Below are positions 13,287 to 24,894 of a stretch of 33,327 bases of DNA, one piece after another. The stretch covers positions 372,001 to 405,327 of the forward strand of contig JBODTK010000155.1 in the NCBI GenBank assembly GCA_050613775.1. Reading direction: 5' to 3'. A program made the position numbers and the translations under genes. Source of the stretch: Neocallimastix sp. 'constans'. Taxonomy: Eukaryota. How positions within the stretch are numbered: the first letter of the stretch is position 1; each line of letters begins with the position of its first letter. Under the pieces are notes generated by a model. The model searched no databases, was not told where the DNA came from, and saw only the letters and a list, made by a program, of their open reading frames with translations.

Positions 13287-13952
13287 ATAATGTTTTGTTA
13301 TTTATTTATTATTTATTTGCATTCTCTACAAAGAGATTTCTTTTAATTTTAAATATGCATAACATATACATAGCATAGCATATTCAATTACATTTATTAA
13401 AAGAACTAATATTTATATATAACACAGTCATAAAAGAACTAGAAAAAAAAATAAAACAAAATAAAAATAAAGTTTATTTATGTTATTAATATATTCATGG
13501 TTTTTTTTTTTATGTTTTAAATTTCGTTAAATATTATTTAAAATTTTTAATATATAAAACAAAATAAAACAAAGCAAAATAAAATATAATAAATAGATAG
13601 TAGAAATATAAAAATTAGTTCAGATTTAATAAAATAAAATAAATAATTGAATAAGAAAGAACAGATTGAATAAAATAACATAAAATAAATTCAATAATGT
13701 AAGTCTACTTTTATTTTGTGTATATTTATTACTTTTTGTAAATAATAAATAATAAATATTAAAAAAAAGGATAAAATAAAAGAAATGAATAAATTCTTTT
13801 ATTTATTTGTTGCTGATTTACAGAAGAAGTAATAATATTTATATATATAGGAAAAAAAATAGAAATACAAATTAATTAAAATGTTTAATAGTTATCTAAT
13901 TGAATTTTAACGTTTATTAACGTTTATTATCATTTTAGAAGACTTCAATTTA

Positions 13953-14080
13953 TATAATCCTTTTTAATATTAGCCACATTTTTTTATTAGTAATTAGTGT
14001 ATTAAAAAAAATATAAAGTCTTTTTTTTTTAATACACTAATTACTAATAAAAAATGTGGCTAATATTAAAAAGGATTATA
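13953..14080. repeat. Near-perfect inverted repeat, ~58-bp arms with a ~9-nt spacer
   Basis: tataatcctttttaatattagccacatttttttattagtaattagtgtattaaaaaaaa / tataaagtc / ttttttttttaatacactaattactaataaaaaatgtggctaatattaaaaaggattata. The arms differ only in homopolymer lengths. Confidence 0.95.
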
Positions 14081-16296
14081 AATTAAACTAATTTATATTC
14101 CATAGTATTATATATATAATATCTATTGTGTATTATTAATTATTACTGAAGTATTCTACTAATTCAAATATTATTTTTGGTATTATTAATTTTTATTATA
14201 ATTACTAATAAGAAATAAAAATGCAGTAAAGAATTGATTAAATGATTTTTTTTTTTTTTAAAAAAAAGCTTAAAGAAAATAATGTTTTATATGTAGATAT
14301 ATTAATAAATTTTTTTATTTTTTTTTTTTTTTTTTTTTTTTTTTGAACTTTCCTTATGTTAAATGTAATTAAAAATTTTAAAAAATTTATTATTAAATTT
14401 ATTATTAAGTTTATTATTATTATTATTATTATTATTTTTTTTTTAAATTTCTGTAATTAAAATTTTTAAAAATCTATGTACAATTATGAAATTAATATCC
14501 AATAGAAAGAACAACTATATAATATATAGATAGTTGTTTAAAAAAAAAAAAGAACTCCTAATATAAAATAAAACACATTAATGATACAAACTAAATTAAT
14601 TAAAATGGAGTCAAAGTAGCACAAGTATATAATATAAAAAAAATAAAAATAAAGTTATTAATATTTCTTAAAAATTTTAAAGTTTTTATTTTTATTTATT
14701 AATTTATTATATATTTATTAAAGTTTTTAAATTATAATAAAATAATTCCAAACCTATTATATTATATAAAATGAGGCAAATTAATAATTTATTTAACAAT
14801 ATATATATTTAAATTAGTTACTCTAATTTAATTATATTAATAATATAAATAAAATACAGTTTTTAATATCAAAAACTTTTTTAAAAAAAATATTATAAAG
14901 AGATTTCAAATGTATTTATAAATATTTAATATAAATATTAATTATTTGTAAAAATTTGTACAACATTACAAAATTATGAAAAGAAAATTTTATTTTATAT
15001 TTATTATTATTTTGATTATTTATACAAAAAAAAAGAGAATTTTCTAATTAAAGATTAAATATAAATTGCTAATATAATAGTATATAATTATATATTATAT
15101 TTATTATAATTGTAAATTAAATTTAATATATTATTAAGTGTATTTTTAATTTATTATGATATTTTCTTTTATTAAATGATTTAATATTTTAAACAATAGA
15201 AAACATATATTCTTATTATTATTTAATTTTTAGATATAATAATAAAAACAGTTACACCTAAAATAATAATAAATTAACAAAAGTTTAAAAAAAAGAAAAA
15301 AAATAGAAAAATTTAGTATTTCCAATATATATTTTATTTTATTTTTTTTCGTTTGAATTATATATAGTAATTATATTTAGCAAAGAAAAATGTTGATTGT
15401 TATTATAACTTTTATTTAATTATATGATAATATATTTAATTTTCCATAATTTTTTATATCATTAGATAAATAATTCATTTTTTGTTATTCTTTATTTTTA
15501 TTCTTCTTTTTCTACTCCAGTTATTATTATTATGATTATTATCGCTATTATCATTTATCATTTATTTATTATATTATAATTATTAAAGAATTTAATAGAA
15601 TTTATTATTAAAATTTATTATAATTATTGATATAATTAATATCCAGTTTTTTTAGTAGTAATATATAAAATTTTTTTATTTTATAAAAATTATATTTCTT
15701 ATTACTTTAATTTTTAATATATTATAAAATATTATAATATATTATAATATATTATAAATTTAAAATATTTTGTATATAAATTTTTTAGATATCTTAATAA
15801 TATTTTTTTATGTATAATTTAATAATTATTTAATAGATGTAACCATGGAATTTAAAAGGTATATAAAATATAATATATTAAATATTATATATATATTTTA
15901 AATTCATAATATATTACACTATATAATATATTAAAAAATTAATCATTTATTATTTAATTATTTTAAAAATTCTATAATTGTTTAAAAAAAAAAAAAAATA
16001 AAATAAAGTTTTCCATCAAAAAAAAAAAAAAAAAATAAAAAAAAAGTTTTCCAACATAAAAATGAAAGAAATTTTTTAAAGTAAAATAATACCTTAGTAT
16101 TAATAATATTTTTATTGTAACTAATGAATATTTATTGTATATTTTATTTAATACCATAACAATATAATAGTACATTCTTTCCTCTACTTTTTTTTTTTGA
16201 ATATATAATTAATGTATTCATAAAACATAATTATTTTTATTTTCATATTCATATAATTATATATTATTATGATAATAATAATTCATTAACTATATA

Positions 16297-16332
16297 AAAC
16301 AGGTTTAATTTAAAATAAAATTAAACCTGTTT
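16297..16332. repeat. Short perfect inverted repeat (15-bp arms, 6-nt loop)
   Basis: aaacaggtttaattt-aaaata-aaattaaacctgttt. Confidence 0.8.
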
Positions 16333-19300
16333 AATCCCGAACATTATAATAATATTTGATTATTTTCAAATGAGGATTTATTTATGCTTTATTATAATTA
16401 ATAGACACTTCATATAAATAAATACAACAACAAAAAGAAAAAAAGATAAAAAAAAGAATTTATTCAATTTAAGTTCATTTATTTTGATTTTAATTAATAT
16501 ATACATAATTCTTTTTTTTTTTTTTTATTTTTATTTAACAATATTTATTTTTATTTATTCATTTTTATTTTTGGTTCTTTACATTTTATTTATTATTATA
16601 ATTTAATTTTATTTTATATTTTAATTTTATTTTATATTTTAATTTTTTAATTTTTGATATAATACTTTATTTTTATAATAAATATATATTTTAATTTTTT
16701 TTGTGTTTTATTTATTTATTTGCTTTTTATTATGATTATGATTATTTAATAATGTATGATTGAAAGAAAGAAAGAAAAAAAAAAAATAAAATAAAATCTA
16801 AATAAATTTTAAAGAATTCTATAAATATAAAATACTAAAGATGAAAAATTTATATATAAATCAGAGATAATTTATTATTTATATTAGATATATATTAATA
16901 CATATATATAGTATTTATTTTTATATATTTTGTTACTAAATAAACAATCTGTGTAAATACATTTATATTAGTAATATAAATAAATTGGAATAATTAGTTA
17001 AGATATATATTACTAAATATATTAAATATATTATTAATATAAATAAAAATATATACAATCAAAATAAAAATTTTATTTATATAAAATAAATAAATAAAAA
17101 AAAAAAAAAAAGGATTATTTAATTTGTAATTTTTTTTATAAATATAATTTTAAAGTTAAAATTTTATATGACCAAAAAGGTATGGATGACACATACATTC
17201 ATTGAATTAACTAGCCAATAATATTTGCAAAATGATTAGTTACATACAATTTTAATATATTATTTATAATTAATAAATCTATTGTGCATATAATCAAATT
17301 TCATATATTATTAAAACAATATACAGATTTAATTTTAATTGACCCATAATTTTATAAAAATATAAAACTTTATAATAAATTTAGATTCTAACAAAACTTT
17401 ATTAATTAGTTAAATTTAATTAAATTAATTTAAATTTATAGAATAAAATTATATTTTAAGAAAAATAAAATTGAAATTAAATGATTTATATATAGCTTTT
17501 TTCTTTTTTTTTTAAATATTGAATTATAAAGAGAATATTAGTTATAAAATCTTGAATTTTTTTTATTCTTTATTTTTATTTATTTTTATTTATTTTTATT
17601 TTTTATTTTTTTGAATATCATTTGTCTTTTTTTAGAAATAATTAATTATTTTAATTAATGTTTAAAATTTTTAATAAAGTTAAACAAGTTTACCTAGGAA
17701 ATAATTTTACTTGTAATAGTAATACTAATAAGTAATATTATTAACAAGGAAATATTAATTTTACTAGTAATGGTAATAATATGTACTATTAAATTTAAAT
17801 ATAAGTATTATTAATTTATAAATTATTTATTAATAAAGATTATAAAATTACATAAAAGAAATAATATACCCATTTAGTATATATTTTTTTCTTTATATTA
17901 AATTTCATAACTAGTTTTCATTTGATAATATTTTACTAAATTTAATCAATACTTATGGTATGATGGTTTCTTTTTTAATATATATCTGTTAATATAAACC
18001 AGATATAAATTATTATTATTTTTATTTAAATATTTATTTTAGTATTAACTATATGGTATTTTTTTTTATTATATTTTATTTCATATTTTATTATAGTTTT
18101 TATTTTATTTGACTTTATTATATTTCTATTTCTATTTAATTTTATTATATATTATTATAATTTTTTTTATTTTTGATATTGATTTGAAGTTTAATATTAA
18201 TAATAATATAAAAACGGCAAAATTTTTTATATTTTTTTTAATTTATAGTAATGATTAAAAAAAAGCATAATAAAAAAATAATGCCCTATAAATTTTATCT
18301 TTAGTTGGTTATAATTTAAGTACATTTAAAATAGTATTATATTTTTCTTATGATTTATTATTCTTCAGTTTTTTGTAATTTAGCCTTTTTTTCTAATAAT
18401 AATTTTTTAACAATGTAAATATTATTAATATATTTTGAATTTTTAATTAAATTATATATAATATTGCAATATATTAAATATATATTAAATATATATTATT
18501 TGTATAATACTATTATTAATTCTATATAATTTACATTAATATTTATTTTTATATTAAATTATATTTAAAATCTCTTTTTTTTTATCATATTAAATTTTTA
18601 ATATTTTTTAATTTTTTTTTCCAATTTTAACCTTTATTATATATATTACTATATTTCTTCATAAAGTTTAAATATATATATTTTTTTGTTTTTTTTTTTG
18701 TTGTTATTATTTATTTTATTTTATTAATAAAGAATATATTATATTATTACATTTAATACGGATTCCAAAATATAAAATAATATATTAATATTGTTGAGAA
18801 TAATTTATTTTATTATAATTTCGTTTTCCCACTTATTTTTAATTAATAAATATATATATATAAAAAAAAATGAAAAAATTTTTTATTTAATTTACATGAT
18901 AATTTATTATAAATATATATTTAAAAAAAAAAAAAAAAACTTCTAAAATATTAAAAAGTTTTATATATTTTCTTTTAATATTCTCACTTTGATATATATT
19001 TTCTTTTAATATTCTCATTTATATTTTTCTTTTTTCTTTTACTTTTTCTTTTCTTTTCCTTTTCCTTTTTTTTATTTTTTATTTTTTTTTTATTTTTAAA
19101 TATTTTTTCAATTTATATTTATTTTTTTTAATCATATTTTTTTCTATAAAATAATATTTAATTATATATATATTATATATATATATTTATTATTATTATT
19201 TTTTTTTATATTTTATTTTATTTTATTTTTTATATTAATATTTTAATATTTTTAAATTATCTTATTTAATATAAAATACTTTATATTATTTTTGTTATAT

Positions 19301-19473
19301 TTCATTTCGCATTTGCTTTTCAATACAGATTTTTATCTTACTATAATTTATAATAATTAACTACTATAAGTAGTTCTTTATGAATTTAAATTTCAAAAAT
19401 TAAAAAATAAATTGATAATTATTGTACATTAATAATAATAATAAAAAAGCAAAATAACAAAAGAATAAATAAC

Positions 19474-19512
<39 letters not shown>

Positions 19513-20392
19513 TAGAAAAAAGAAATAAAGAAAAAATATATATAATAAAATCAAATAAAGGAAAATTATAATATAGAAAAAAATATGACTAATAAATAAA
19601 AAAAAAAAAAATTAATAAATAAAAAAAAAAAAAAATTAAATATATATATATAAAAGTATTAAAATAAAAAGCTTAAACGTTAAAAAAATAAAATAAAATA
19701 AATTATATATATATATTTTAAAAAACTAGCGCATTTAAAAAAAAAATGAAATAAAGAATATATATATAATGTATAATAAATAAATAGATAAAATAAAATA
19801 ATTATTTCTATTTAAAAACTCTAGTTTAAGTTTCAAGAAAAAAAAAACATATTAAAGTATACTTTAAAAATAATTAAATAATAAAAAAAAGGAAAACTAA
19901 TAATTATAAGAAATTTTATAAATAAATTAATAAAAGCCTTGAAATTTTCAATGATTTATTGAAAGAAATATAAAATACAAAATAGTAATAAACATTTTTT
20001 TTCCATTTATTAATTTAAATTAATATCAATATACAATTTTTTTTTTTTTTAAATCAGTTTTGTATTTTTATAGAAATAGTATTTAATAGATAAAATTATT
20101 AATTATTCAATATAAGTTCTAAAATAAAAAAATACTCAAACAAAATTTATATGTATTATTAGTTATCCAAGATAATATTAAAATGAATAATATTTTTTAA
20201 GTACAAAAAATATAATAAAATAAATTATAAATCATAAATATTAATATTTATAATTTAATATAATAGGTAATATTTTAAAATATTAAAAATAATTTTTTTT
20301 AATATATAAATAATTTTTTTATATATTTTATATTACACAAAAATAAAAAACATATTATATTTTTTTTTTTTTAAAAAAAATATATGAAGCAA

Positions 20393-20437
<45 letters not shown>

Positions 20438-21007
20438 AAAATTTTATATTAATTGAAATATATACAAAAATAAAGGAAAAATAAAATTAAATAAAATAAT
20501 AATAAAAGGATATTTAGGAACAAGATAATTATCATTATTTTTAAAAATATTTTTGTATAACGAATAATGATATTAAATCTAAATCTTTAAAGTTTTATAT
20601 ATATTATTAAATTTTATAAATTACTATATTGTTAATAATTTTATAACATATATAAAAAAGTTTAAAGTAGCAACGCTAGATTAATTGATACTAGTTATTA
20701 TAGGAAATTTTAGTTTTATTAACAGAAAATCTTAAAAGTTTAATTTTTCATTAATTTTTTGTAAGAAAAAATCGATTAGACATTATTTTTTGAAATAATT
20801 TTGTAAATATTATTAAATAATATATAATTAATATATAGTATATATTGAAGTACTAAAAAATACAATAAATATTGAAACCAATTTAAAAATTTGAAAATTT
20901 ATAAAATAAAAAAAAACAAAAACAAAAAAAAAAAAAAAGACGAAATAAAAAAATAAAAAAGGATAAATTAATAAATATAATAATACTAATTCTTTTTTTA
21001 CTTTTTC

Positions 21008-21075
<68 letters not shown>

Positions 21076-21236
21076 CTTATTTATTTATACATTTATTTAA
21101 TAATATTTGAAATTATAATTAATTATACAAAAATAAAAATAAAGTTATAACAAGGAAAGAAAGAAGAAATTCGAAAATCATATTCAAATTCAAATATACA
21201 CATAATATAATAACAATAATAACAATAATAATAAAA

Positions 21237-24200
21237 ATGAATTTTGGAAATCATTTACATATAAAATTAATTCTAATTAATTTATTAATTGTGTTGGCAA
21301 TCGCTGATGATTGCTCGGTAATTCAAGATATTTTAACACAAAATAACTTGGAAATTACATGGTCACCGTCAAATTCAACTGGATGTTGTTCATATGAGGG
21401 AATTAGCTGTGTAAATAATAGAATTATACAAGTGTAATTATATATTTATTTTTATATCAATAATAACAATATATATATAATAGTAAAGAAAACACCTATT
21501 ATAATTTTTTAAAAAAAAAAAAAAATACTAAAATTTTAATATATTATTTTATCAAAAGTAATTTTAGTAGTAAAGGATATACTGGAAGTATTGAATCATT
21601 AATGTCGCTTACTTCATTACAATATATGTAAGTCAAAAATTTGAAAATTACATATTTATTTATTTATAAACTTATATATGTAATTAAATTGATAAATAAG
21701 TATAATTTAAAATTTTATAAAATAATAATATAGCATATAATATATATATATTTTAATTCAAATATTTATACTTAATATAATTTATTAATAAAATTTATAA
21801 ATTATTTTTTAAAAGAAATATAAATAATTGTCGATTTTCAGGAAAAATTCCATCATCAGTTCAAGAAATTTCCAATTTACAGTTTTTATATGCTCAAGGA
21901 AATAAAATTTCAGGTACAATACCAGATGAATTAGCTATTTCAACATTACAATTTATTGATTTATCAGGGAATAAATTAGAGGGTTCAATTCCTTCTTCAT
22001 TTGGTCAGGTTATAAATCTCCAACACATTAATTTAAGTAATAATGATTTAAATGGCTCAATTCCAAGATCTTTTCATTCTTTAAAGAATATTCAAGTTTT
22101 TCGTGTTTCTGGTAACCCCCAATTAAGCGGTGAAATTCCAGTTTTATCAAATACATTAAAAGATTGTGATTTTGGTTCTACTCAATTATGTATTAGTGAT
22201 TCAAGAACTCATTGTACGAAAAACATAAAAAGTTGTGATTCTATTAACACTGATGATGAAAATAAAACATCAGATATACAACCAACGACGGTTACCACCC
22301 AACAATCTAGTGAAAGTAATAGTAGCAATAGTAATAATAATGGAAATTCTTCATTAGGACCTGAAGATTTGTCATCACACCCTAATTCTAAAAAAAGAAA
22401 TATAGGTAAATGGATTGCTCTTGGATTTATTATTTTACTTGTTGTTTGTATAATTATTTTATTATTTATATGTTGTAAGAGACACAATAAGAATACTGTA
22501 ATCATTGAAAAGCCTGTTCCAAGTCATAGTAGTGATGAAATATTTAAGTCTGATACTGAAGGTATAGATATTAGTGATCCAAATGCATCAATTCAAATTC
22601 ATTCATTGAATAAATCTCAACCACAAACTCAACAGCAAATTATCGTTCCAATTGATAGTGAACTTTATGATAGCCAAACAAGCTCATTTGATAACTCCAG
22701 TCATGAATCAGGAAAATCTCTACCAAGTAATACCGTTTTTATTAATCAAAATGATAAGCATACATTCAATTCATTAAATAGAAGTCAAGTTCATTTAGCA
22801 AATGTAGGTATGATTGGAACACCAGTTGATTCAATGGAACAAGATTTAGGTGATATAATAATATCTAATAATGGTACTTCCTCAAAAAGATTAAGTAATA
22901 TTTCTGGATATCCTAAATCCCAAAACAGTACAAATTTAGTTCGTTTGAATCGTTACTCTATTGTTAATCAAAATTCACAATCAACCGGTTCAAATAAAAA
23001 AAGATTAACTAATGTTCCATCTCAAACAGGTATTGCAAATGATTCACCAGTATTTGTTTCTTCTTCTGCTAATAGTTCACCATTATTAGATAGTAAACGT
23101 TCCAAACATTCCAGTATTCCTTATCCAGTATCTCCTTATGGAATGAAAAGTTCAACCATTAATGCTTATCCAAGAAAAAGTAATGATACTAAAAGAAAAT
23201 CATCAGGAGATGATAGTGTTATTAATAATCATAGTACCATACATGTTATGAATAGTAAAAAAAGTATACCATACCCAATTGAAAAAAGTCAAACAACAAC
23301 AGCTGTAACCAAAAGTAATAATTGTTCAGAAACGAATTCATATAATTCTGTTCATAACTCCATTTCAATCTTAACTAAAAATAATAAAAATAATAAAAAT
23401 CGTAATAGTTTACCAGCTACGAGTACGCATAAGCCATCGCTTCTTACTAAATTTTCCAGTCAAAATAGTATGAATGCTTCACCACTAGCCACAAATAGTG
23501 TTGATAATAGTTATGAAATTCCATTACCATCAGATCCTAACGAAGTAATATATAGTAATGGAACTAAAAGAACGTCCATTAATCCTTCAACCATTTCCTC
23601 CTCAAATATTACTGTAAATTCTCTACAGGATATAAATAATAAGATTTCTAATGAATCATTCAAGAACAGGTTTAATAATCTGGCTTCTTTAAATAATACT
23701 AATTCTAAACAAATAAATTCAACTCAAGAACATTTATATAATGTATCTTCTACGAGTAGTGAGGACAGTCACAGAAAAGATTTATATAATTTAAATAATG
23801 CTTCAGATTCAAATTTATCATTTTACAATCAATCTAATATTTCATTAAAAAATACCCCAGATAACTTAGTCAATGACCCTAATATCGTTTATAACTCACC
23901 TTTAGAAAATAATGAATTTCTTACCGAAGAAATATATATAGATGATGGTGATTATAAGCATGAAAAACTTGACTCTATCAGTAGTAATGAAGACAATAAA
24001 GAATATCATAAAATGGTATTAGAAAATGATATAAATCAAGGTAATGAATTACATGATGATCAAGATAATCATAATAGAAATGAATCGTTTGAGGAACAAC
24101 AGCCACCCAATTATGAAGAACTATTTTCAGAAATGTATTCTCCTTATGTAGATACCACCAATGATGAAGCTATTCGTATGCAATTAGAAATGCGTCGGAT

Positions 24201-24315
24201 AGAAGAAAGACAAATTCGTATGGAATATTTACAGAAACAAATTGATAATCCAGAAATATCGAATGCTCAACGTCAAAAGTATATTAATGCCTTAGATCGT
24301 TTGATGTTAGAATAG
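21237..24315 (+). CDS. Single-pass LRR receptor-like protein (plant-type LRRs, no kinase), ~921 aa, 3 exons
   Basis: Exons 21237-21433, 21559-21627 and 21816-24315 join in frame across phase-2 GT..AG introns. Signal peptide LILINLLIVLAIA; cap WSPSNSTGCCSYEGISC; ~6 repeats like LQFIDLSGNKLEGSIPSSF and LQHINLSNNDLNGSIPRSF. These are followed by a Cys cap, an S/T stalk, the TM segment WIALGFIILLVVCIIILLFICC-KR and a ~600-aa S/N-rich tail with PPNY. Confidence 0.9.
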
Positions 24316-24475
24316 AATAGAGAAAAAAAAAAATTACAATTAAAGATTATTTTTATAAATTATTAATATAAATTAATAAATAAATAAATAAAAATAAGAA
24401 ATAAAAAATAAAAAAAAATAAAAAAAAATAAAAAAAATAAAAAAAATATAAAAATGAAAATAAATAAATAAATAA

Positions 24476-24507
<32 letters not shown>

Positions 24508-24536
24508 TAGTAATAATAATTATATTATTATAATTA

Positions 24537-24567
<31 letters not shown>

Positions 24568-24745
24568 TTTATTTGTATGAATTTTAAAATTATAAAAATT
24601 ATATATTTTAAAATAAACTTTTTTTTTTTTTTGTTTTTTTTTTTTTTTTGTTTTGTTTTTGTTTTTGTTTTTGTTTTTTTGTTTGTTTTGTTTTGTTTTA
24701 TCTTTTAGTATATATATATATATATATATATATAAAGTGTTTATT

Positions 24746-24785
<40 letters not shown>

Positions 24786-24881
24786 AATGATAAGTAATTT
24801 ATTTTTATTTTTTATTTATTTTTTCAATTTTTAATTTTTTTTTATTTTTATTATATATATAAAAAAATTTTAATTAAAATT

Positions 24882-24894
24882 GGTTAATTACATA
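24882..24894 (+). repeat. Left target-site duplication GGTTAATTACATA
   Basis: Identical to 29843-29855 immediately after the poly(A) tail. Confidence 0.9.

Noticed and set aside
15972..16175. 67-aa minus-strand ORF
   Set aside because: Homopolymer-derived F/Y/I-rich sequence.
22209..22505. 98-aa minus-strand ORF
   Set aside because: Antisense shadow of the LRR gene.
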